Below, piece after piece: positions 1 through 8,800 of a stretch of DNA of 64,000 bases (within the stretch, counting starts at the first letter, position 1; every line of letters begins with the position of its first letter). The position numbers were made by a program, and so were the translations under genes. The notes beneath the pieces are model-generated. The model saw nothing but the letters and a program-made list of their open reading frames with translations, was not told the DNA's origin and searched no databases. This DNA is from a virus. Location of the stretch: positions 1 to 64,000 of the IMG/VR virus record IMGVR_UViG_3300031576_000021; one strand, 5' to 3'.

Positions 1-119
1 CTGCGCCGACGGCCACCGCTCTCGTGACCGAAGACGATCAAGACGATCTGCCGGAGGATTTGGCTCCGGCGGTGCCCAGGCCACAGGCGCCGGAAGCAAC
101 GGAGTAGGAGGAGGGGACG

Positions 120-791
120 ATGAGCGATCCACTGCGGGTGCTACGGACCGAGGATTTCAGTGGTGGGGGCGGGCTCCCGCGTCTGCGCGGGGTGCTCAAT
201 CAGCTGCGTGGGATCAAGCTGGTACGGGTTGCCAGTGGCGCCGGCATCACGGCGCGCGTGCTCGGGACACTGACGCTGTCCGATGGGGTCAGCAACACCT
301 TGCGGGTCGATGCCCGGCTCGGCGGGCAGCACGGGAACAACATCCGCGTGACGCGCCTGCGCACGACTGCGGCCAACGGCAATCCCGTCTTCGATTTGAC
401 GGTGCACTATCCCAACGATGCGACGATCGTCGAGCGGTTCCTGGGCGTGTCGATGTTGAACACCCATGCCCGCTACGTCGTCAACGTCGTCAACACCGGA
501 CTCTTCGGCGATCCCGCCAGCGAGTACATCCGCGTGGCGGATCTGGCCAGTGTCAATGCCGAGGATCGTCCCGTGAACGGCGGCCCGACGGTGCTTGCCA
601 GTGGGGCGGGCGAGGCCGCGACGAGCGCGGCGGGTGTGGTGCGTGGGGATGCGATCCTGGGGATCTGGAACCACACGGGAGGCACGTTAATCGATCCGGT
701 GGATTTCAACGCAGTGGGGACCGATCTCGTCGTGTCGACAGCGGGCGTCGCCGCGACTCAGACGTTGCTGCTGCTCGTCGCGCCGAAGTGA
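120..791 (+). CDS. Virion-associated protein containing a tail-sheath-like insertion domain
   Basis: GGAGG RBS; central segment DARLGGQHGNNIRV...FDLTV...VERFLGVSM...YVVNVVN...SEYIRV resembles the protruding domain of contractile sheath proteins; lies in the head-neck region. Confidence 0.5.
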   Translation: MSDPLRVLRTEDFSGGGGLPRLRGVLNQLRGIKLVRVASGAGITARVLGTLTLSDGVSNTLRVDARLGGQHGNNIRVTRLRTTAANGNPVFDLTVHYPNDATIVERFLGVSMLNTHARYVVNVVNTGLFGDPASEYIRVADLASVNAEDRPVNGGPTVLASGAGEAATSAAGVVRGDAILGIWNHTGGTLIDPVDFNAVGTDLVVSTAGVAATQTLLLLVAPK

Positions 792-801
792 GAAAGGGCA
801 C

Positions 802-1464
802 GTGCAGGTCCAACTGCAAGCCAATGCGCTCGTCACCCTCGAAGCCTTCAAGGACTGGTTCGATCTGGGCGAAGAGGAGACGACCCGCGACGATACGTTG
901 CGGCTGCTGATCAACAGCGCGAGCGACGAGATCGAGCGGTATTGCCGGCGGACGATCAAGCGCGGCGCGGTCGTCAACGAGGCACATGATGGCGGCAGTC
1001 GCGCGATCTATCTGCGCCGGCCACCGATCGATCTCGCGCAGGCGATCACAGTGTCGATCTACGACGGCGTCTTCACGACGGCACTCGGCTCGGACTCGTT
1101 CGTCGTCAATGCCGAGACTGGGCTGCTCGTGTTGCGGTCGGTCGTCGGGCTCCCGGCAATCTATCGGCCACGCTACGGGGATGAAGGGGCGTTCCCCGAG
1201 GGGGACATGAACGTACTCGCGAGCTACACCGGCGGCTACACGACGGTGCCGTCGAGTGTGCAACTGGCCTGCAACATCGCGGTGGCGGGTGGGTACTACG
1301 AGACGCGTCGCGATCCAAACGTCGCCACGGAATCGGCTGGGAGCAGCTCGAAGACGGTGGCGGCCGTCGCGATCTTGCCGCCGCGGTCGCGGGCGATCCT
1401 CTCCTCCTACGTACAGCCAACCGTGCGCCGGGCGACCGGCGGCGCGGCGGCGATGGGGTTCTGA
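802..1464 (+). CDS. Head-tail connector/adaptor (gp6/gp15-like)
   Basis: LVTLEAFKDW...DDTLRLLINSASDEIERYCRR and YTGGYTTVPSSVQLAC motifs typical of adaptors; position before tail genes. Confidence 0.75.
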   Translation: MQVQLQANALVTLEAFKDWFDLGEEETTRDDTLRLLINSASDEIERYCRRTIKRGAVVNEAHDGGSRAIYLRRPPIDLAQAITVSIYDGVFTTALGSDSFVVNAETGLLVLRSVVGLPAIYRPRYGDEGAFPEGDMNVLASYTGGYTTVPSSVQLACNIAVAGGYYETRRDPNVATESAGSSSKTVAAVAILPPRSRAILSSYVQPTVRRATGGAAAMGF

Positions 1465-1465
1465 A

Positions 1466-1795
1466 ATGCACCAGGAAACGCTCCATGCGGCCACCGATGA
1501 GAACGCTTTCGAGGGCGCGTGGTTCCCAATCGCTCGCTGGCTGCACAAGACGATCCAAGTGGCCAACCTCGCCGGTGCCGGGACGGTGCAGATCGAAGTA
1601 TCGAGCGACAGCGTGAAACCAGCAGTCGGTGCCGACGGGTTCGTCTTCGCAACCGTGACGGCCGCAAACGTGCTGGAGCCGGTGGTCGTGAACAACTGCT
1701 ATGCCTGGATGCGGGTCGAAAAAACGGTGGGGGGGGCCGGGACCGGCCAGACCCGTGCGACGCTGACGGCCCCTGACTGGGAGGGCCGCGTCTAG
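1466..1795 (+). CDS. Small beta-rich virion protein, hypothetical
   Basis: ATG two bases after the upstream stop; GTVQIEVSSD...YAWMRV pattern; fills the gap to the next gene. Confidence 0.55.
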   Translation: MHQETLHAATDENAFEGAWFPIARWLHKTIQVANLAGAGTVQIEVSSDSVKPAVGADGFVFATVTAANVLEPVVVNNCYAWMRVEKTVGGAGTGQTRATLTAPDWEGRV

Positions 1796-1797
1796 CG

Positions 1798-2421
1798 ATG
1801 TTCACCGTGGCCGTCATCGTGCCGAGTCAACAGATGGCGCGGCTGGATCGCCGGCTGGCACAGCTGCCCGACCAGCTGAAGCGGGTGGGTCGCCGGACGT
1901 TGGAGCAGCAAGGAGCGCTGGCGCTGCGGCACTTGATCCGCACCCATCTCTCGGCGCCGCACCCGACGCGCACAGCGGTTTCGCGGCGGACAGGGGCCCT
2001 GATCCGCTCCTATCGCTACCGGGTGCGCCAGCGGGACCAGGCGCTAGAGCTGGCCTTCATTCAGCTCCGCAGCGTGCGGGGGCGGCTGGGGGCACGGCCG
2101 GCGGTCTACGGGCCGGTGCTGGAGCGTGGCGCGATCATCCGGGCCAAACATGGCGGCAACCTGACCATCCCACTGCATCCGCGGGCCGAGGCACGCCGGG
2201 CACGGACGGTAGTGGGGCTGTTCCCGATTACCTCACGACGGGGCAACCACCTGCTCGTCATGCGGCGCGGGGCGGGCATCGAGCCGTGGTACTTGCTGCG
2301 GAAGTCGGTCCGCATTCCCGGCCGGCACATGGTGCGGTCGACCGTGCGGTGGGCCCGGCCGCGTGCCGTGACGGCGCTCCGCGGTGCCTACCGCCGGACG
2401 CTCATGGTGCGCCGTGGCTAG
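1798..2421 (+). CDS. Neck/tail completion protein (HK97 gp10 / virion morphogenesis-like)
   Basis: Basic protein with RRTGALIRS, YGPVLERGAII, LTIP and LRKSVRIPGR motifs; synteny. Confidence 0.65.
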   Translation: MFTVAVIVPSQQMARLDRRLAQLPDQLKRVGRRTLEQQGALALRHLIRTHLSAPHPTRTAVSRRTGALIRSYRYRVRQRDQALELAFIQLRSVRGRLGARPAVYGPVLERGAIIRAKHGGNLTIPLHPRAEARRARTVVGLFPITSRRGNHLLVMRRGAGIEPWYLLRKSVRIPGRHMVRSTVRWARPRAVTALRGAYRRTLMVRRG

Positions 2422-2902
2422 CCCGAGTCGCGCCACGCCGGTCTCGCTGTCGCTTCGGGCGCAGGTCGAGACGACGCTTCGGAAGATCACACGCGCTAAC
2501 GGCTACAACCACGATTTCACGCCGGCCTCGTTCCATGACCAGGCGTTCGATGCGTTCCAGTCGAAGGTGCTGCCGGCGTGTGGGGTGATCATCGGGCCCG
2601 AGCTGGCAGACCCCGAGGCGACGGTCACGGCGAAGTCCGGACGTATCCTTACGGTGCAGATCGATTGGTGGCTGAACAAGAAGGGGTTTCCATCGCTCCT
2701 CGAAGCGAACGAACGGATGGCAGCCGACCTCGTCGTCGCGATGCTCGCCGACGTGAAGCGTGGCGGGCTCGCCTGGGACACGCGGCTGCAAGACATCGTG
2801 CGGGTCGAGGCCGAGACCGGGGTGATCGAGCGCGGCGGCAGTGCCTTCTTCGATGTGCATTTCCGCTATGCAGTCGGCGCGCCGACGGTGATTGCGGCAT
2901 GA
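2414..2902 (+). CDS. Tail terminator-like protein
   Basis: LRKITRANGYNHD N-terminus and RGGLAWDT motif; position between neck and tube genes; GTG overlaps the upstream gene end. Confidence 0.65.
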   Translation: MASPSRATPVSLSLRAQVETTLRKITRANGYNHDFTPASFHDQAFDAFQSKVLPACGVIIGPELADPEATVTAKSGRILTVQIDWWLNKKGFPSLLEANERMAADLVVAMLADVKRGGLAWDTRLQDIVRVEAETGVIERGGSAFFDVHFRYAVGAPTVIAA

Positions 2903-3954
2903 CGGCGGCGCAGGCACTCGCGCCCACCGCTGACGCTATCCGGGTCGCGTGGGCAGCCTCCACCGCCGAGACCGGCAACGGCATGGGCTACACGCGCATG
3001 AGTCGGGCGCTGCAAGCCGCGTTTGTCGAGGCCGGCGGCGTGATCGATCAGGACGCCGAGCTGGCGTTGCACGTCACCTACGCGCCGCATTTCCAGCCGA
3101 TCCCGGGCCGACGCAACGCTCTGATGACAATGTGGGAATCGGAGCCCGTGCCGGCGCCATTTGTCGCGGCCCTCCAGCGGGCCGATGCGATTATCGCGCC
3201 CTCGCGCTGGGTCGCCGACGTGATGCGCCGCGCGGCGCAAGTCCCCTGCGTCTGGATCGTGCCGCTCGGGATCGATCCGAAGCTCTGGCTGCGCGTGGTC
3301 CGCCACCCGCCGCAGAAGCGGCCATTCCGCTGGCTCTGGGTCGGCGCGCACAATCATCGGAAAGGGTGGCTGCACGTCACCGAAGCGTGGAAGCTCGGTT
3401 TCCTCGGGCGGACCGACTGCGAGCTGTACTTGAAGACGACGGAGATCGATCCCGAGTACGTCGCCGCGTTGGCGGCAGGGTACTCAATCCCCGCGGGCTC
3501 GGTGCGCCGCCAGAACAACGTGGTGCTGGACACGCGGAAGGTATCCGACGCCGAGCTGTTCCAGCTGTACGCGCAGGCCGATGGCTTCGTCTTGCCACAC
3601 ATGGGCGAGGGATACGGCTGCACCCTCAGCGAGGCGATGGCCACGGCGCTGCCGTGTGTGTCGATCTTGACAACCGGCGTGACGCAGTTTGCCGATGCGT
3701 CGGTGTGTCGTCCCGTGACGTGGCACTACGAAGACGTGCAGGTCTGTCCCGTTGCTGGCGACGCGATCGTCACCGTGCGGACGTGTTCGGCGGACATTCC
3801 CGACCTAGTTGCACAGATGGCCTGGGTCATGGCACATCCCATCAAGGCGCGTGAGCTGGGGCTCCGCGCGTCCAAGCGCGTCCACGGCCAGCACACGTGG
3901 GGCGAGGCAGGGCGGCGGTTACTGCGGGCGGTCGGCGAGATCACGAGCGGATGA
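2899..3954 (+). CDS. Glycosyltransferase family 4 (GT-B)
   Basis: TMWESEP, ADAIIAPS, VPLGID, VGAHNHRKG, ADGFVLPHMGEGYGCTLSEAMATALP (E-x7-E); ATGA-coupled to the upstream gene. Confidence 0.9.
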   Translation: MTAAQALAPTADAIRVAWAASTAETGNGMGYTRMSRALQAAFVEAGGVIDQDAELALHVTYAPHFQPIPGRRNALMTMWESEPVPAPFVAALQRADAIIAPSRWVADVMRRAAQVPCVWIVPLGIDPKLWLRVVRHPPQKRPFRWLWVGAHNHRKGWLHVTEAWKLGFLGRTDCELYLKTTEIDPEYVAALAAGYSIPAGSVRRQNNVVLDTRKVSDAELFQLYAQADGFVLPHMGEGYGCTLSEAMATALPCVSILTTGVTQFADASVCRPVTWHYEDVQVCPVAGDAIVTVRTCSADIPDLVAQMAWVMAHPIKARELGLRASKRVHGQHTWGEAGRRLLRAVGEITSG

Positions 3955-3979
3955 GGGGTAGGGCAAGGAGGAGAAGATC

Positions 3980-4969
3980 ATGCTGACCCGGAACAAGATT
4001 CTGCTGGCCAAGACTGAGGTGACGGAAGGGGTCGATTCCGTCCCGACCGCGGCGACGGATTCGATCTTGGTGATCGAACCCGAAGTCTCGCCCAACTCCG
4101 ACGTGCTGGCGCGGCAGGTGGTCGACGCGAGCTTCTCGCCGTTCGGCAACGTGGTGACCGTCCGCGAGCAAAGCTTCACGTTCGGGACGGAGATGCGTCC
4201 GATCGGCGCCATCCCCACTGCGGCGGCGCCGCTCCGGGAGAATCCCCTCTTCGTGGCGTGCGGCATGTCGCCGAGCTACGCTGCCAGCTCGTGCGTTTAC
4301 CGGCCTCGCACTACCTGGCCGGCGAACAACTCCGTGACGCTCTACGCGTTCATCGACGGCTTGCTGCACGTGGGCATCGGTTGCCGCGGCAATATGTCCC
4401 TCGCCGCCGAGGTGGGACAGTACGGCCGCTACAGTTGGACGATACGCGGCACCTTCGCGCCGCTCACGTTCCCCACGCCCGGGGCCGGCGATGGCATCCG
4501 GGACGCCGCGTTCCCGACGCCGACCTATCAGGCATTCGCCATCGATCCCTACCCGGTGCTCGGCACCGCACTCAGCGTGCTGGGCTACACCGGCTGTGCG
4601 GCGGCCATCAGCATCGACCTCCAGAACGACATTCAACGGCGGGTCTGCATGCAGAACGCCAACGGCGTGGCCAGCTTCATCATCGCCGGGCGCAACCCCA
4701 CGGGCGACGTCGACCCGGAAGCCGTCATCCGCGCCACGTTCGACATGTGGGGCCGGTGGGCGAACGGCACCAAGGGTATGGTCAGTTTCTCGATCGGGAC
4801 GACGATTGCCGCAGCCGGCAACGGCCGCATCCTCGTCGAGGCCCCCGCGTCGCAGATCGGCCAGATGGTCTACCGCGATCGCAACGGCATCCTCGTCTTC
4901 GGCATCCCGTTCGGCCTGAACCGACTCGCGTCTGCGGGCGATGATGAGTTGGCCATTACGTATTCATAA
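3980..4969 (+). CDS. Major tail tube protein
   Basis: AGGAG RBS; LLAKTEVTEGVDSVPT N-terminus, SVTLY, GCRGN, RNPTGDVDPE and GDDELAITY end; precedes chaperone and tape measure. Confidence 0.8.
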   Translation: MLTRNKILLAKTEVTEGVDSVPTAATDSILVIEPEVSPNSDVLARQVVDASFSPFGNVVTVREQSFTFGTEMRPIGAIPTAAAPLRENPLFVACGMSPSYAASSCVYRPRTTWPANNSVTLYAFIDGLLHVGIGCRGNMSLAAEVGQYGRYSWTIRGTFAPLTFPTPGAGDGIRDAAFPTPTYQAFAIDPYPVLGTALSVLGYTGCAAAISIDLQNDIQRRVCMQNANGVASFIIAGRNPTGDVDPEAVIRATFDMWGRWANGTKGMVSFSIGTTIAAAGNGRILVEAPASQIGQMVYRDRNGILVFGIPFGLNRLASAGDDELAITYS

Positions 4970-5133
4970 ACGATTCCCAATGGTTACGCTCACCTGCAAA
5001 GTCCGTAGTTCATCATTCCTGGTGAAGCCTTGCGAGGTGAAGCGGGCACGATTCACCGGAACGTAACTGTAGGCGCCGAGCACGCTGAATAGACCGGGCG
5101 GTGGACGCAAGGGCCACCGACCCGCAGGAGGGC

Positions 5134-5628
5134 ATGAGGATGCGAGGAACGAATATCGAGCGCGTGCGCGAGTACGTGCTCAAGGAGGAGCGCGACTCCT
5201 CTACCGACGAGCGGACCACGTTCCTGTATCGGTATCTCGACGCCGAGACGATGTGGGACATGCAGGACGAGCTGATGCAGTACAGCGTCCCGCGCGGTGC
5301 TGGGGCCGATGACGACAGCGACGTGAAGACGAGCGTGTTCCATGGCCGCAACGAGCGGAAGGCGCTCCTCAAGGGGCTCGTTGGCTACCGGAACGTCTAC
5401 GACGAAGACGGCGTGCGGTTGCCAGACGTCGAGAACGCCGACCAGACGCAGAAGAAGCTAGTGCTCTCGATGATGACGGCGACGCAGCGGACGGAGTTGT
5501 CCAGCGTGATTCTGCGCAGCGCGAAGCTGACGGAGAAGCAGAAGGGGGAATCACCTTCGCAGCCTGGGCTCTTGTCAATCGCCGAGCCAGCTGCGGACGC
5601 CCCGCGACCTGCGATTGCCGCAGCCTGA
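5134..5628 (+). CDS. Tail assembly chaperone (G-like)
   Basis: CAGGAGG RBS before ATG 5134; between tube and tape measure; in-phase slippery heptamer G GGG GAA at 5544-5550. Confidence 0.8.
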   Translation: MRMRGTNIERVREYVLKEERDSSTDERTTFLYRYLDAETMWDMQDELMQYSVPRGAGADDDSDVKTSVFHGRNERKALLKGLVGYRNVYDEDGVRLPDVENADQTQKKLVLSMMTATQRTELSSVILRSAKLTEKQKGESPSQPGLLSIAEPAADAPRPAIAAA

Positions 5629-5891
5629 CGGGCGGGTCGTTCTACACCTATGACGAGCCGCAGCCAGACGGGTCGATCAAGCGCCAGCGGCTCGATGGCT
5701 GCCCGCTCGATCGCATCACCCCGTTCGCAAACAAGGTGTTCCTGCTGCATTCGCACTTCGAGAATGGCGTCTTGCTGGACGAAGGAGGGCTAGGGGCACA
5801 GCGGTACTGGTACCTGGAGGCGATGACGGTGGCGGGGGGTGCGTTGCATGAGGCACAGGAGCGACGGCCCAAGCCGAAGCCGAAGTCGTAG
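5134..5891 (+). CDS. Tail assembly chaperone GT fusion via programmed -1 frameshift
   Basis: The -1 frame is open from 5547 to TAG 5889-5891 (GITFAAWAL...GCPLDRITP...GVLLDEGGLGAQRYWYLEAM...), directly abutting the tape measure ATG. Confidence 0.8.
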
Positions 5892-8800
5892 ATGGACGAG
5901 ACAATCCAGGTCATCCTCGAACTGAAAGCGCGCGGGCTCGACGAGATCCGTCGGGTCCGCGCGACGATCGGCGAGGTCTTCCGGTCCTTGCCGGCGACGG
6001 CCGATGCGGCAGTGCGCCGCGCGGCGCAAGCGATCCGGCAATTCGGGGCCGTAGGCGTAGCCTCCATGGCGGCGCTGGCGACGCAGGCCCGCGCGACTGG
6101 CACGCATCTCGCGACGCTACTTGGAGGGACCGGCGCGCTCGGCGTCGGCCTGGGTGCGTTGGCAGGCCATGCACGCAATGCGACGACCGTCGTGACCTCC
6201 TTCGCGGGGCGGATGGTCGCGGCGGGTGGGTCGATGCTCGCGTTCGTCGCCAAGTCGACGATCTTCAGCGTCATCTTCGCGCGGATCGTCGGCGTATTGG
6301 GTGGGGCACGCGCGGCCGTTGCCGGGTGGGGCACCGCTGTAGGCGCCACCGCCGCGCCGACGGCGGCCGCCGCCGCCAGTGTCGGCACGTTCGCCCGTGG
6401 CCTGTCCGTCGTCAGCCCACTCCTCGGCGTATTCGCCGCACGCGCCGGTGTTGCGTTCGGCCTCTTGAAGCCGCTGGCCCTTGGGTTGGGCATCATGGTC
6501 GGGGCCGTCGGGCTGCTGATCCCCGCGTACATCGGTGCGGTCCGTGCCTCGATTGCGTTCAACCAGTCCCTCGCGGATCTGTCCGCGATCACGGGGGCGA
6601 CCGGAGACGATCTCGAAGTGCTCCGGCATGAGGCGATCCGGCTCAGCGAGACGACGACGCAGAGTGCGACCGACGTCGCTCGCGCCTTCACGTTGATCGC
6701 CTCGAAGAAGCCGGAGCTGCTGGAGAGTAGTGCGGCGCTGGCCGATGTCACGGCGAAGGCGATCACGCTTGCAGAAGCGGCAGGACTCGATGTGCCCGCC
6801 GCAGCGACCGCGCTGACGTCGGCGCTCAACCAGTTCCAGGCGCCCGCGTCGGAAGCGGGGCGGTTCATCAACGTCATGGCGGCCGGGGCAAAGTTCGCGG
6901 CGGCCGAGATCCCCGAGTTGACACAGGCACTCGTGAAGTCCGGGACAGAGGCCAGCGGGGCGGGTCTTTCTTTTGAAGAGTTGAATGCGACGATTCAGGC
7001 GCTGGCCGGCTTTGGGACGCCGATCTCGAAGATCGGCACGAGTTTACGCAATCTCTTCCTGATTGTCGCCAAGGAAGGGCACGGCGCTACGCTGAGTAGC
7101 CAAGGGCTTGCCGCGGCACTCGAAGAGATGGGCATCGGCGTGAACAGTGGGGCACTAGCGGCCAAGCGATTCGGGACGGAAAACGCGACAGTGGCTGTGC
7201 AGGTAGTGCGAGCGAAAGGCGCCATCAAGACATTGCTGACCCAGCTCACCGGCACCAATGTCGCCTACGAGCAGGCGGCTATTCGCACCGACACCCTCGC
7301 GGGCGACATCACGCGGCTCGGTAACGCCTGGGACGCACTCAAGCTAAAGATCGGCTCGACCAACGAGGGCCTGGTCCGCACGGCCATTCAGGGATTCGAG
7401 AAGCTGGTCAAGCTGGCGGGTGATCTAGGCATCGCGCTCGGCTTGATTGGTGAGGCTCCCATCGAGGCGGCTAAAACGACGCTACTCCGACTTGGCGACG
7501 AGTTGAGACAGCTGCGACGTGAGGCGGCCGACGTCGCAAGCGGTGCGGCGGCTGGGGCCTTCACGGACTTTGCGCGAGAGATCGAAGCGAAAGAGCAAGT
7601 GCTCCGGGAGGCGAGTGAACGGTTGCGGCAGCTCATCCGTCCTGGACCTCCTGGCATCACGCCGCCTCAACCACCGGTGGTTGAGGAGCTAGCAGGGGAG
7701 GGGGAGGAATCGAAGATCAAGGCCTTGGCCGAAGCTGTTGAGGACCTGACACGTCGGCAGGAGGCGGCCCAGGCAGTCATCGCTGGCTATGGACAAGGGC
7801 TGAGCGAGGCGGCGATCAACGCGCTGAAGCTCGATGCCGAGGTCGTCAAGTTGACGGCCGATCTCACCGCCAAGGCCCAGGCGGCCGGCGCGTCGACTGT
7901 CGGGCTCGAAGCGATGGCGCGGGCAACGCTGGTGGCCGAGGACGCCGAGAAGCGGCTCGCCGACGCCCGGAAGTTCCAGCGCGATACGATTGGCGAGACG
8001 ACACGCGAAATCGCGTTGCTCAATAGTGGCCTCGACGAGAATGCCCTAGCCATCATCCGGGCCGGGGATGCGGCGGCGAAGGGGGCACCGACCCCGGAGC
8101 TGGCGACGCAAGCCCGTGCCTATGCCGAAGAATTGGAGCGGTTGCGGCAGCAGCAGCAAGCGACGGCGGAGAGTTCGCTGGATCTCGGCGAGACACTCCG
8201 CGAGAGCGTCGGGCAGGTGTTCGACTCGCTGGTCAGCGGCACGCGCAAGATCGGCGACACCCTACAAGGGCTCGGCCTGGCGCTGGGCAAGCGCGTGTTC
8301 GACACGTTCATCAAGTCAAAACTCAAGGACTTCGACGCGAAGATCAACGTCAACATCACCCGCGACGTGCCGAAGATGTTCGAGCGCGGCGGCACGGCTA
8401 TCGTCGCCGCGAATGCGAAAACGATGGGGACGGTGGCGCAGGACGCGACCACGGCGTTTGACACTGTGGGAACCGCCTCGACAGACGCCACGCAGGTGAT
8501 CGCCGATTCGGCGACGCAGGTGCAAGGGTCGTGGGGCGGGTTCTTCGGGTTCTTGTTGCAACTCGCGCAGTCGGTGATCGGGCAAGTAGTCGGGCTGTTC
8601 CAGGGGCTTGCCAGCGTGATCGGGCAGCTGCTCGGCTCGTTCTCCGGCGGCGGCATCCTGGGCGCGGTGGGGTCGGTGTTTGGGGCGATCGGGAGTTTGT
8701 TCGGTGGCAGCAGTGCTGCCGGGCTGAGCAGCTCCAGCAGTACCGGGGTTGGGAGCATCATCGGCGGGTTCGTCAGCGCGGCCAAGGTGTTCGGTGGGGA

